64,000 bases of DNA from Candidatus Latescibacterota bacterium (GCA_965203805.1 OZ241917.1:3520001-3584000); one strand, 5' to 3'; positions 17,736-28,011 are shown, numbered from the stretch's first letter. Notes: a model not told the origin generated them from the letters alone. Program-made: numbers and translations.

Positions 17736-19904
17736 TCAGGAGGCCTGATCTGTATCGCCCGCCGCTGACCGGTAGATCGCCCTGTAACTCTCCGGATCGC
17801 GCCATTTGTCGTCGCCATCAGGCAGCACTTCATAGACTTTCTGTTCGACATCGATCAACTGATCCTCTGCCTGCAACTCTTCTGGAATTTCCCTTTTTTC
17901 GATGAACCCATTGCGTTTCAAAACGAGTTCAATCTTTTCCCAGTTATCGTAGAAATATTCCTGCAACAACGGGACGATCTTGTTTTTGAACGTCGAGGCG
18001 AGTGAATCGATGCTCTTGACGTTCATCAAGTAGGTGTGGCCGATTTGATGTTCCCGATCGAGCAGGAAACGGATCCGATTGTTCATTGCTTCAAGCAGTT
18101 TCTGACAATTCACCCCATGTATATCCTCAGGTACCAGCTTCGGATCCGGCATCATTTCGACAAAGTGAAACCGTCGCCTAAGTGCGGTATCCAGCAGAGC
18201 AATGGACCTATCGGCGGTATTCATCGTGCCGATGATATACAGGTTATTCGGAACGCCGAAATCTTCCTTGGAATACGGAAGCGTGACGGTCGCCGCATCA
18301 TCTCCACCTGTACGCTTGGAATCTTCAATCACCGTTATCAACTCACCAAAAATCTTCGCGATATTGCCGCGGTTGATCTCATCGATGATCAGGACGTATT
18401 TCGACTTACTGTGAATCCTGGCACTTTCTGCGATTCTCCGAAAAATACCTCGCGAAAGTACATAGTCAAGATTCCCATCTTCATCGGCGTGTTCGCGAAG
18501 GACCGGCCTGATGCCCTCAATAAAGTCCTCGTAATTGTAGTTCTGATGAAACGTCACCATTTCGATCTGGCCGTCTGCTTTCAATTTGCTGAATTGCCGC
18601 ATCTTGTCTTCACGTTCTTCCTTGCGCTCCATTTCAAGCTGATTCACAGTTTCGTTATCGATAATCGCCAGCGCATGACTGACCGTGTGCCATGTCTTGC
18701 TCGTACCAGGTGGTCCATACAGGATCTGGTTCAAGGGATGCCGGTTTTTCTTCGGATCAGCTTGCGGTTGTTGGCTTTCCGGGACAGAATCCGTTTCAAT
18801 AACAATCGAGCTCTTTTTCAATTTCCCGATTAATTCGAACGAAGGTCGGTAGTTCTTGGTTCTTTCGAAAGCCTCCCGCGTCTTGGTGCCCGCCTTGCTA
18901 AATCCCAGAATAGTCGTATTTTCGGCCAGTATTCCTTCCGACTTGCTAATCCACAGTACATGGATTCTTCGTTTCTGATTCCATCCGTCCGGTACATAGT
19001 CATTCTGATAAACGACACCGATCGCTCTCCCTATTGCTTTACCCTTTATTCTTCCTGTTCTGACCAGAATCACGTCTCCTTGCTTCGGGTCGGTCAGAGG
19101 ATACGGCTTTTCATCTCCGGCCCCACCTGTATAGACCCAGTAATTATCGTTGAATTTTTCTTCACCGTCATCCCAATAATCGCCTTCATTATGGCCCATT
19201 ACCTGAGTGCTGACCTGGTAGAAATTATCGCTTATGACGATCGAACCGGATTTTTGCATGTATAAGAACATGTTGATTTCATAGGGCTGGCACCCTGGAA
19301 ATGCATTCGTTGCCTTCTCAAGAAACGTCCGATACGTAGCATATCCTCCGATTTTTATATCTGACGCCGTCGGTAGATCCAGAGCTTCCGACAAATCGGC
19401 AGATGTAATATCCACCGGTAGGAAATTTCCCGGATTAAGCAGAAACAGGGATTGCGTCAATTTCGGAACTGCAACGTCTCGTATACTCAGAACCTCCTTA
19501 AAGTCATCCGGGTCGATCCCTGGTCCGTCCTCTATTGCCTGTCTGAACAAACGCCAGAGTAAATCGTTATTGGAGTTTTTTCCATCACGAAAAAGGACTT
19601 TCAGGCCGGGAGGAGTGGGAAATATGTAGTAATCATCTACGCTCGGATCAGGAAGCGGGCTCTCGATCCCGAATTCCTGGCTGACGCTATCGTACACAGT
19701 TTTCAGTTGTTTGGTAGCTGCTTTTGATGCCACGAAATAAACGAACGAAAATGGATCGATCCCTTCATCTCCGTATTCAAGCCTTGCGAGGTTTTCACCC
19801 CAATCCACCTGCCTGGCTTTTTCGTTAAGGTATGCTTCGCCCTCGTCTGCGATTCTTCCCACCAATTCTCGAAACCACGGTACCCAGTCGTAGATCTCTC
19901 TCAT
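17736..19904 (-). CDS. mcrB: McrB-family AAA+ GTPase with long unrecognised N-terminal specificity region
   Basis: NQILYGPPGTSKT, TFHQNYNYEDFIEG, IIDEINRGN, GTMNTADRS, ALRRRF, IGH; GAAGGA RBS before ATG 19904. Confidence 0.92.
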   Translation of the reverse strand: MREIYDWVPWFRELVGRIADEGEAYLNEKARQVDWGENLARLEYGDEGIDPFSFVYFVASKAATKQLKTVYDSVSQEFGIESPLPDPSVDDYYIFPTPPGLKVLFRDGKNSNNDLLWRLFRQAIEDGPGIDPDDFKEVLSIRDVAVPKLTQSLFLLNPGNFLPVDITSADLSEALDLPTASDIKIGGYATYRTFLEKATNAFPGCQPYEINMFLYMQKSGSIVISDNFYQVSTQVMGHNEGDYWDDGEEKFNDNYWVYTGGAGDEKPYPLTDPKQGDVILVRTGRIKGKAIGRAIGVVYQNDYVPDGWNQKRRIHVLWISKSEGILAENTTILGFSKAGTKTREAFERTKNYRPSFELIGKLKKSSIVIETDSVPESQQPQADPKKNRHPLNQILYGPPGTSKTWHTVSHALAIIDNETVNQLEMERKEEREDKMRQFSKLKADGQIEMVTFHQNYNYEDFIEGIRPVLREHADEDGNLDYVLSRGIFRRIAESARIHSKSKYVLIIDEINRGNIAKIFGELITVIEDSKRTGGDDAATVTLPYSKEDFGVPNNLYIIGTMNTADRSIALLDTALRRRFHFVEMMPDPKLVPEDIHGVNCQKLLEAMNNRIRFLLDREHQIGHTYLMNVKSIDSLASTFKNKIVPLLQEYFYDNWEKIELVLKRNGFIEKREIPEELQAEDQLIDVEQKVYEVLPDGDDKWRDPESYRAIYRSAAGDTDQAS

Positions 19905-20001
19905 CTTGGTATGTCCTTCCCTTTGGAGTATTGGAACAAACCGACGTTTAGACCCTACAGTAAGTCTTCTACGCAGAATGCATGTATGATCGATCATGCA
20001 C

Positions 20002-21090
20002 CTAGTGTCTTGTCCCATGAATTAGTTCAAAAAGTCTGGTGATCTTGTCAAGGATCGATTCTGCGGTGGCGGTCCAGACGAACGGTCGTGAGTTGGCGTT
20101 ATAATGGTTGGTGAAATCCTGAATGTTGGCGATGAGGTCTTTCACCTTTTTGAAGGTCCCGCGTCGGATGGCTTTCTGGGTAATGATGCCGAACCAGATC
20201 TCGACCTGGTTGAGCCAGGACGCATAGGTCGGTGTATAGTGAACGTGGTATCGGGGCCTGGCTGCGATCCAGCGTTTGATTTTTTCGTGCTTGTGCGTGG
20301 CGTAGTTGTCGACGACGAGATGAATGTCAAGGTCCTTCGGGACGTTTTGGTCGATATATTTGAGGAATTGTAAAAATTCCTGGTGTCGATGTCGGGGTTT
20401 GCATTGGGCCAGCACCTTGCCGGAAGCGACCTCCAGCGCGGCGAACAAGGTCGTGGTGCCGTGCCGGATATAATTGTGGGTGACCCCTTCCACATAGCCC
20501 AACCCCAAAGGCAATATCGGCTGCGTTCGCTCCAATGCCTGGATCTGACTCTTTTCGTCAACGCATAATACCATCGCGTTGTCGGGAGGGTTCAGATACA
20601 GTCCGACAATGTCACGTACCTTCTCGACAAAGAACGGATCATTGGACAGCTTGAAGTGTTTTTGCCGGTGCGGCTGTAGACCAAACGCTTTCCACACGCG
20701 CTGAACCGTGGACTTGGACAGTTGCGTCTGGGCTGCCAGAGAGCGGCAGGTCCAGTGGGTGGCTCCCGACGGCTTGTCTTTGAGCGTTGCATGAATCAGC
20801 GAGGCGATGCGCTCATCGCTGATCGAGCGGGGCCCCCCGGGGCGCAATTCATCATAAAGCCCCATCAGACCTTGTTCTAAAAACCGACGGCGCCACTTCC
20901 CGACTGTGGCTCCCGACAGACCAAGCTGTCGTCCGATCTGCTGATTCGACAGCCCTTGATCACTCATCAGAACGATCTTCGCCCGGCACACAAGACTGTG
21001 CGACATGCTTCTTGAACGGGAAATGGTTTCCAGTTGCGCACGAACCTCATCCCCAATACTCAGTGGCGCTAACGGACGTCCCCTGGCCAT
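20002..21090 (-). CDS. IS630 transposase
   Basis: HTH region, VDEKSQIQALER, YIRHGTTTLFAAL, DNYATHK, SWLNQVEIWF. Confidence 0.95.
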   Translation of the reverse strand: MARGRPLAPLSIGDEVRAQLETISRSRSMSHSLVCRAKIVLMSDQGLSNQQIGRQLGLSGATVGKWRRRFLEQGLMGLYDELRPGGPRSISDERIASLIHATLKDKPSGATHWTCRSLAAQTQLSKSTVQRVWKAFGLQPHRQKHFKLSNDPFFVEKVRDIVGLYLNPPDNAMVLCVDEKSQIQALERTQPILPLGLGYVEGVTHNYIRHGTTTLFAALEVASGKVLAQCKPRHRHQEFLQFLKYIDQNVPKDLDIHLVVDNYATHKHEKIKRWIAARPRYHVHYTPTYASWLNQVEIWFGIITQKAIRRGTFKKVKDLIANIQDFTNHYNANSRPFVWTATAESILDKITRLFELIHGTRH

Positions 21091-21165
21091 AGATTCCTCC
21101 TTTCGCTATAGGGAATCTATGACAAGTGAACTATTTTTGCAAGTTATTCCTGGGACGAAACACTA
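20003..21165 (-). mobile_element. IS630-family insertion sequence
   Basis: Terminal inverted repeats TAGTGTCTTGTCCCATGAATTAGTT / TAGTGTTTCGTCCCAGGAATAACTT (reverse complement of the right end); TA (within CTAG) at both ends. Confidence 0.93.
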
Positions 21166-21832
21166 GCGTACGGTATAGCGTTGAAATAGTCGCTCTGCAG
21201 GCGAGGCCGAGTCATTGTGGCCGAAGACAACGCGCGCGACCGACGCGAATCCCTGGATTCGGGGAGGAAGCGCAACGCTGTAATTCGTTCACAAGGGCCG
21301 GACGCAGCCCGGATGGACTCTTTCAACGGGCTTTCACGGGGGGAGTGATCAAACCGTTGAACGGGCGCGCCTTCACTTCCAGCCATTTGGTTGCGGCTGA
21401 GCACAACGTCGCCGCGCTAGCCTACCTGGTCGGCGAATGTGTCGCACATTGCATCATTGCGAGCGGAAATATAACACATATCTGTTAAACTACCGCTGAT
21501 TTATTGGGGAGTTGCGTTGACTTTATGTTGAATTCTTGGTTTGTTTCGCCCAATGAGACTCGGATTCCCGACTGCAATTCGAATCGCGGTCCTCCTTTTA
21601 CGACGTCGCTAAGGGAAACAACAGGGAATCGACGCCGCAGAATAGGGCGGCTTTCTCAGGATGACGGTGAGGATTGGAGTGTAAATCAGGAAGGGTGTGC
21701 GAGAAGGAGGACCGGTCGAGGGTGTACGCGACGCGTTTCATCCATCGCCGATTTTTCATGATCGCCCATACGCGGCCAATTAGGGATCGGTCTAATGCGT
21801 CCACTGCAGGATCGGTCTAATCGGCAATCTGT

Positions 21833-21921
21833 CTCAGGTGTTCAAACCAATCAAACGACTTCTCAGACGGACATTTGATCGGGTGGAGCAGACATTCCTG
21901 TCTGCTCACGTACATCAAACC
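21833..21921 (+). repeat. 89-bp REP-containing direct repeat, copy 2 (right of mcrBC/IS630)
   Basis: Matches 16111-16199. Confidence 0.85.
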
Positions 21922-22139
21922 GAGACCTTATAGCAGATATTTTCTAAAGGAACAGTAAAAGCTATACATCGTGAAACGACGATTTATCGCGAAACAAGCC
22001 CGGGCTCACCCTGGGCTTGAATGACAAGAGTCCACCTGTCTTCAGATCGAGTCGGCTGGTTTTCTATTGTTGATTTTTTCATTCGGGTTCGATAATTTGA
22101 ATTGGCAAGCATCAATTATTACACACTGGAGGTAGAGAC

Positions 22140-22454
22140 ATGGACGTTGAACAAGTGAGGCAGTTGGTGGAATCTACGTTTCCTGAGCTGAAGTCTGGTT
22201 CACTTAAGAGAGATGGTCAAATACATGGCTATTCTTTTTATTATCATCGTATTGTAGGTGGTCAATACAGTACCCGTATCGGTCGCATTACTCAGTCGAG
22301 TCCGACTAGCGATGTTCGGTTTAAGCGGGTCGTTACGGATCGGCTATATGGCGTGCCCGGACTGACCACAAATATAACTGGTAGGGAAGATAAACTCTGT
22401 GACTTGATTCGAGGTGAGTTGGCTCTGTGGGATTGTTGGTATGGGGATGAATAA
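22140..22454 (+). CDS. Hypothetical protein
   Basis: 104 aa; GGAGGT RBS; AT-rich upstream region. Confidence 0.65.
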   Translation: MDVEQVRQLVESTFPELKSGSLKRDGQIHGYSFYYHRIVGGQYSTRIGRITQSSPTSDVRFKRVVTDRLYGVPGLTTNITGREDKLCDLIRGELALWDCWYGDE

Positions 22455-22534
22455 TTTCGAAGCACCACGACATCTGCAAACGTCAGAGAGACCTCGACGA
22501 GACTATGAGGCAACCCCAGTGGGCTTCCTTTCCC

Positions 22535-23485
22535 CTACATGAGGTAGCGAAGCGCATCCTTGCCACGCTGCAACTTGGTTGTATCATCAACCAGACAAGT
22601 CAACCTGTAGAAACCATAGAGCGTTTTAATCCGGTGAGTGAGCCTCGCGCGATCCCTCCTCAGGGCGCCGGATTCCCAATAGACGGGTGTGCAGGGATCT
22701 TCGTCAGCCGGCTCTTCAGTCCCAAGTTCGTCCTCGACATTCGGTAGAGATCTCCACAGGCGAACATGACGATGGTGCGCATCAAGTCCCTTCTGTGCCA
22801 GATCAACGTAGCCACACGCGGACAGATCGATCAGCGAAGCGGCATGGTTGATAAGGTGCCACAATCCCCCGAACCCCTGTTTCCGTTCGGGAGCTGTCTC
22901 AAGGAGTTCATCCAACACTGCTTCGATCATGCCCTCCAGATTGGAATACGGTGGAAAATCCGGATGTTCCGGCAACGCGATCAAGTCTCCATCGATCCGA
23001 CCTTTTTCCCTCCCGTAGTAACCGCTGCCAGCTGATGCCTGGTCAAAGCCCCCGATCAATCTGCATATGCCGTCGATGATAGACGATGTTGCGTGCTCGG
23101 GGTACTCCTGGAGCGCCCGCCTGGACAGTGAGGCGAATATCACATTGTGACCTGAGGAGCGTGTTTGTCCAATGTTCCTGGATAGAACTTGGGCGATGCG
23201 GTTAATCTGATCTACCTGCGTGTCTTCGTTTGGGTAGGGTACAAACAGGTCCGACGTTGTAATGGATCCACCCTTTCCCGGGCCAAATACCGACTCTCCA
23301 TTGAGGACACGATCCAGTTCCTTCTCTATGCCTGCATGAACCTTCCTGTCCAGTTCACGGTGTCCCTCACTGAAGAGATAGCCAGCGACAAGGGCAGCAC
23401 CCAAATGTCCAGCCATGGTATCCACAAGGTGAGCTCGGCTTAGTCCCAACAGCCCCTTTTCCAGATACTCAGGTCTAACCGTCAT
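22535..23485 (-). CDS. Hypothetical His-rich helical protein
   Basis: 316 aa; GH.GAA, SGHNVIF, HLINH, THRIK motifs. Confidence 0.75.
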   Translation of the reverse strand: MTVRPEYLEKGLLGLSRAHLVDTMAGHLGAALVAGYLFSEGHRELDRKVHAGIEKELDRVLNGESVFGPGKGGSITTSDLFVPYPNEDTQVDQINRIAQVLSRNIGQTRSSGHNVIFASLSRRALQEYPEHATSSIIDGICRLIGGFDQASAGSGYYGREKGRIDGDLIALPEHPDFPPYSNLEGMIEAVLDELLETAPERKQGFGGLWHLINHAASLIDLSACGYVDLAQKGLDAHHRHVRLWRSLPNVEDELGTEEPADEDPCTPVYWESGALRRDRARLTHRIKTLYGFYRLTCLVDDTTKLQRGKDALRYLM

Positions 23486-23522
23486 ATAACTCTTCCGTCT
23501 ACGAATTATATTCAGAAGTTGC

Positions 23523-23811
23523 AGTGAAAATAAACCAAAAAGGGATCCGTCGCGTCATCTCTAAATCCGAGCAACGGGGGCGTTCCTCCCCACTCAACTT
23601 TTCTGGCACATTCGACGAGAACGTCTTCCCCCCTTCCGCGATCCCTTCTGCCAACTCGCGAAACCACGGTACCCAATCGTATATTTCTTTGATCCTGGTG
23701 TGTCCTTCTCTTTGGAGTATTGGGACAAATCGACGATTAGCCCTTACAGTAAGATCTCTTCGCAAAATGCACACATAATTGATCATGCACCTTGCGTACG
23801 GAATAACGTTG
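23523..23811 (-). pseudogene. Decayed paralogue of the mcrB 5' end and its upstream region
   Basis: EIYDWVPWFREL identical to the McrB N-terminus; start codon mutated to ATC (23693); frameshifted continuation LVERARKVEWG..DPF; upstream DNA matches both flanks of the IS630. Confidence 0.85.
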
Positions 23812-24081
23812 TAATCCCCCCTCCGCATCGGCCGTCGCCGGCCCTTCGACAAGCTCAGGGATCGGCTCGGCTTCTGCGACTCCCCCTCAAGGGGGGAGTG
23901 ATTTGACCGTCATGCGGGATGGCGTGTTCATTTCTATCGAATTGGCTGCGGATGAGCGTAGCAATGTCGCGCGAGGATACAATACCGACGTTACTCTATA
24001 CGCGGGCATTCCAGCGGTTCCGGAGGCAACCCTTCGGCGTGATCCGTAAGATGCTGATGGCTGACTGTTGAGAGCTGTTGC

Positions 24082-24702
24082 TTATATCAACCCCTTTTCC
24101 GTCGCGATGGCGACGGCTTCGGTGCGGTTTCCGGCGTCGAGTTTGGACAGGATTTCGCTGACGTGGAACTTGACCGTGCGTTCGGAAATGAAGAGTTGGT
24201 CGGCGATTTCTTTGTTTAGCAGGCCCGTTGCAACCAGTTTCAGCACTTCCTTCTGCCGCGCCGTCAACGCATCCGGATTGTCGACGCTGTCGAGCAACTT
24301 GGACGCGACCATGGGTTCGAGAAGTGATCCGCCTTCATTGACCACACGCACGGCGCGAAACAGCTCCTCTCTGGGCGCGCCCTTCAGCAGATAGCCCTTT
24401 GCGCCGGTCTTCATCGCGGAAACGATGCGCTCGTCCGTATCAAAAACCGTAAACACAATCGTCCGTGCCCGGACCTTGCATTCCTTCAATCGTCGAAGCG
24501 TCTCGATCCCATCCACGCCGGGCATCTCCAGATCCAGCAACAATACGTCGGGATCACGGTCGGCAACCTTCCGCATCGCCTCTTCCCCGTCACCGGCTTC
24601 TCCGACGATCTCGAAATCAGTCTGCGTACCCAGCATCGCCGCCAGGCCATCGCGCACAACCGGATGATCGTCCACAATCAGAATGCGAATCGGGGCCGTC
24701 AT
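24082..24702 (-). CDS. NarL/LuxR-family response regulator
   Basis: [46 protein letters not shown]. Confidence 0.95.
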   Translation of the reverse strand: MTAPIRILIVDDHPVVRDGLAAMLGTQTDFEIVGEAGDGEEAMRKVADRDPDVLLLDLEMPGVDGIETLRRLKECKVRARTIVFTVFDTDERIVSAMKTGAKGYLLKGAPREELFRAVRVVNEGGSLLEPMVASKLLDSVDNPDALTARQKEVLKLVATGLLNKEIADQLFISERTVKFHVSEILSKLDAGNRTEAVAIATEKGLI

Positions 24703-25877
24703 TTCTTGCCCTGTGCAGGAATGTGCGTTTCCAGCCGCGTGCCGTGTCCCGGCGAACTGTCGATTTTCAGTGAGCCTCCCAGCAAACGCGCCCGCGCCCG
24801 CATACCCACGAGCCCATGTCGACCAAGGGACACGTTTGAAGGGTCGAATCCGCAACCGTCGTCCTCGACGATCAGTGTAACGTAATCAGGCGTTGACGTC
24901 AGCTCAACAGACACGCCACTTGCGTTGGCATGCGCCGTGACGTTGTTCATCGCCTCCTGGGCGATGCGATACAGGCCGGCTTCAACGCTTGCGGATAGAG
25001 GATATCCGCCAACGCATCTTACCCGGATGTCCAGACCTGACTCGGATCCAATCTCCTTCGCGAGCGCGTCCAACGCTCCGGTCAACGAGCGATTCTCCAG
25101 CGGCGCGGCGCGGAGATCCAGTACAGCGCGGCGCGCATCCTCGAGATTGTCGCGAGCCAGCGCGATCGCGTCGCGCACAATGTCGGACAGCCTTTCGCGG
25201 TCCGTGTCCCCTTCAAGCAGTGCGTCCAGTGTCTCCAGCCGCATGAGAATCCCCGCGAGATTCTGGCCGAGCGTGTCGTGTATCTCTCGCGCAAGCCGGA
25301 TACGCTCATCCACGGCGCCGATTTCGACGCTCTGTTCGTAGAAACGCGCCCGTTCAATCGCGATGCTGGTCAGATCGCCGATGGTATTGAGCAGTCGCAG
25401 GTCTTCGGCCGAAAGTTCCCTCCACGCGGCGCTCGCCACGTTCAACACGCCTACCTTCTTTCGTTTCGCGTACAGCGGAATGCTCGCGTGATACTTCAAG
25501 CCCTCCGTGCCTTCGACAAGCCCTTTCAGCCTGCTGCACGCCACGACGTTCACATTCGCGGCGCCCTTCAAATCCCCTTTACGGTACGTGTCCAGGCAAT
25601 AGCACCATCCGCCCATCTTGGCCGGGTTGTCGCACAACGCGGGCGGCAGGTTTTGCGCAGCGGCCAGATACGGCTCACGGGTCTCTTCGCTGAGGAGCCA
25701 TATCCAGCTCGTACTCAGGTCGAGCAATGCGGCTACTTTTCGAAGCGCGGCTTCAAGGGCCTGATCGAGACCCACGGACTGGTTCAATTCGTGGGCAATC
25801 TCGTTCAGAACCGTGAGTTCGCGATTGCGTTGTTTGAGCTGGCGGGTTGGCGTCGGCATGGCTTTCGTCCCTGGCAT
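24699..25877 (-). CDS. Cytoplasmic GAF-domain histidine kinase (HisKA_3; YhcY/AirS-like)
   Basis: GAF with CYC..C; [33 protein letters not shown]; no TM segment. Confidence 0.92.
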   Translation of the reverse strand: MPGTKAMPTPTRQLKQRNRELTVLNEIAHELNQSVGLDQALEAALRKVAALLDLSTSWIWLLSEETREPYLAAAQNLPPALCDNPAKMGGWCYCLDTYRKGDLKGAANVNVVACSRLKGLVEGTEGLKYHASIPLYAKRKKVGVLNVASAAWRELSAEDLRLLNTIGDLTSIAIERARFYEQSVEIGAVDERIRLAREIHDTLGQNLAGILMRLETLDALLEGDTDRERLSDIVRDAIALARDNLEDARRAVLDLRAAPLENRSLTGALDALAKEIGSESGLDIRVRCVGGYPLSASVEAGLYRIAQEAMNNVTAHANASGVSVELTSTPDYVTLIVEDDGCGFDPSNVSLGRHGLVGMRARARLLGGSLKIDSSPGHGTRLETHIPAQGKK

Positions 25878-25915
25878 GCGGTTCCTTTCGTACGACGTGC
25901 CAATATATCTCCGGT

Positions 25916-27022
25916 TCAGGGCAAAATCAAATGCAGATCGCCAAACTCATGCCACAGATATCCTTTGTCGAGCGCTGCTTCATAAGTCGCCCGAAGATGA
26001 TCCGGACCCGTCAATGCCTGCAACATCGCCAGATGTGTGGCGTGAGGTTCGTGCATGCCGGTCAAGAGACCGTCTACGATCCGCATCGGCCGATCGGGCG
26101 ATATCACCAGGTCTGTCCACCCTTGACCCGGATGGACCCGCCCCGCTTCTTCGGCAACGGTCTCGAGCGCGCGGACCACCGTGGTGCCGACGGCGATGAT
26201 CCGGCCGCCATTTTCGCGCGCGAGGTTGATTGCCCGCGCCGATTCGCCCGGTACGCGGTAATACTCCTCAAAAGGCGGTTCGTCGGCTTCCAGACTTGCC
26301 ACGCCGGTGTGCAGGATCAGCGGCGCGATATGAATGCCCTTTGCGACCAGCTTTGTGATGACCTCGGGCGTGAACGCGCGGCCGGCCGATGGCATCTCGG
26401 CGCTTCCTGCCTCTGTTGCATAGACGTTCTGGTAAACCTCAATGGGCCATTCCTCGTGAACGTATCCATACCGCATTGGCGCGCCGTAGACATCCATGTA
26501 GGTATCCACGTCGTAAGGCAGCGCCAATGTCGCTATCCATAGACGAACATCGGCGAGCGGATCGTTACGCAACTCAGGCCTGCAGGGTGCGTGCAGATGC
26601 GCCGACCCGCCACCGGGCAACGCGAAGACCTCGCCGGGTCGTGCGTGAAGGAACGGACGTGTCCCATCCGATGAGCGCATTTCAACCATCCACATTTCGG
26701 CCGGCAGACGCGTTGACAGATGCAGCCTCAGTTCAGAACCATCGGCCCGGATGGCCGGCAGCGATGCTTTCCGGGTTCCACTTGTATTGATCGCCAAAAC
26801 GTCTCCGGGGCGAAGCACGTCGGGAAGATCGCGAAATCCGACGTGTTCAATCGAATCGTCACTTATTCGCGACACCATCAGCCGGACCTCGTCCCGACCG
26901 AGGCCGCGCGCTTCCGGCGGCTCTCCTGCCTCGAGGCTCGATGGCAGATCAAAGGAAAGAGTATCAAGGTTTGTGTCAGGATTCGTGACAGGCGATACCA
27001 GATCCGGCATCGAATTGGACAT
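25916..27022 (-). CDS. QueA-like protein (SAM:tRNA ribosyltransferase-isomerase paralogue)
   Basis: YQNVYA..GSAEMPSAG..FT, LHTG, AVGTTVVRALE; variant C-terminus LLTGMHEP..YLWHEFGD. Confidence 0.88.
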   Translation of the reverse strand: MSNSMPDLVSPVTNPDTNLDTLSFDLPSSLEAGEPPEARGLGRDEVRLMVSRISDDSIEHVGFRDLPDVLRPGDVLAINTSGTRKASLPAIRADGSELRLHLSTRLPAEMWMVEMRSSDGTRPFLHARPGEVFALPGGGSAHLHAPCRPELRNDPLADVRLWIATLALPYDVDTYMDVYGAPMRYGYVHEEWPIEVYQNVYATEAGSAEMPSAGRAFTPEVITKLVAKGIHIAPLILHTGVASLEADEPPFEEYYRVPGESARAINLARENGGRIIAVGTTVVRALETVAEEAGRVHPGQGWTDLVISPDRPMRIVDGLLTGMHEPHATHLAMLQALTGPDHLRATYEAALDKGYLWHEFGDLHLILP

Positions 27023-27041
27023 AATCCACCCCCTGCGAAAA

Positions 27042-27746
27042 TCAGCTATCGGTCACGCTGAAAGATTCACGTGCGGCGTAACGACCGCTGTCATAGTCGC
27101 CTTCCAACAGTTTCAGGAATCCCGGCACACTCGCCTCCGGTAAGGGACGATCGCCGATATCCTCTCCAGGAAACGCGTCCTGGTGCATCTGGGTTCGCAT
27201 ATCGCCGGGGTCCACCCAATATACGCGCCAATCCGGACGTTCCGTGGCGAGGACGTTTGAAAGCTGTTCAATCGCCGCCTTGGAAGAACCGTACCCGCCC
27301 CAGCCCTCATACGCCTCCCTCGCGGCGTCGCTTGTCACGTTGATCACACGCACGCCGGGCTTCAATGCCTGTTGGACTGCCTGGAGCACACCCAGGGGCG
27401 CGATGGCATTGGCGCGATACACGTCTTCCAGGACATCGAGCGGATAATCCAGCAATCCCGGCTGCGGACTCGGACCCAGCATGCCGGCGTTGTTGATCAC
27501 CGCATCCAACCCTCCCGCCTCATTTGCGGCTTGTGCCAACTTCACGCGATGTTCGGCGTGGGTCACGTCTCCGGGAACGGCGATGACGTCCGTTCGCTTT
27601 TCCAATTCTTCACGTGCTGCTTCCAGTGCCTCCGCGCCTCTGGCGTTGATGATCAATCCCCATCGTCGCCGCGCGAGTTCGCGAGCGAGCGCGAGACCCA
27701 GACCCCGGGATGCGCCCGTAATCAATGCTGTTTGTATCGACATCAT
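27042..27746 (-). CDS. Short-chain dehydrogenase/reductase
   Basis: TGASRGLG, NNAG, YGSSK; GAGGAGG RBS. Confidence 0.92.
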   Translation of the reverse strand: MMSIQTALITGASRGLGLALARELARRRWGLIINARGAEALEAAREELEKRTDVIAVPGDVTHAEHRVKLAQAANEAGGLDAVINNAGMLGPSPQPGLLDYPLDVLEDVYRANAIAPLGVLQAVQQALKPGVRVINVTSDAAREAYEGWGGYGSSKAAIEQLSNVLATERPDWRVYWVDPGDMRTQMHQDAFPGEDIGDRPLPEASVPGFLKLLEGDYDSGRYAARESFSVTDS

Positions 27747-27818
27747 CAACCTCCTCTTTGTTTGGGACGCCGACCGTGATAATCCAACCTTGTCTTGTCG
27801 TGGTTGAAATGTAGCCAA

Positions 27819-27847
27819 ACAAAAAACCCTCCGCATCGAACGGAGGG
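27819..27847 (-). terminator. Intrinsic terminator (minus strand)
   Basis: CCCTCCG-ttcgatg-CGGAGGG followed by TTTTTT. Confidence 0.7.
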
Positions 27848-27858
27848 CCAGTTTGAAT

Positions 27859-27899
27859 CCTGTACTTTCGTGCAGGGAGAACCTGCCTACCTGATCAGG
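27859..27899. promoter_or_regulatory. Two tandem CCTG-N10-CAGG (lux-box-like) operators
   Basis: CCTGTACTTTCGTGCAGG (27859-27876) and CCTGCCTACCTGATCAGG (27882-27899) upstream of the SDR-queA-like-HK-RR operon. Confidence 0.6.
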
Positions 27900-28011
27900 G
27901 TATCGCGCATAACCAGGGCTATCCGGTGTTGCTCGTCAGCAAACGTGAACCGTTTGAGAAGTGTGCTGGTGAGGGTCTGCATCGTCCTGTTGTAGCGATG
28001 TATTTCGCACC

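Noticed and set aside
19905-20018. N-terminal extension of McrB in the ORF track
   Set aside because: It starts inside the IS630 end; the RBS and the paralogous copy support ATG 19904.
21126-21804. Short ORFs right of the IS630
   Set aside because: No convincing RBS or recognisable motifs; left unannotated.
25916-27022. Assigning the gene symbol queA
   Set aside because: Variant C-terminal motifs and non-tgt context indicate a paralogue.
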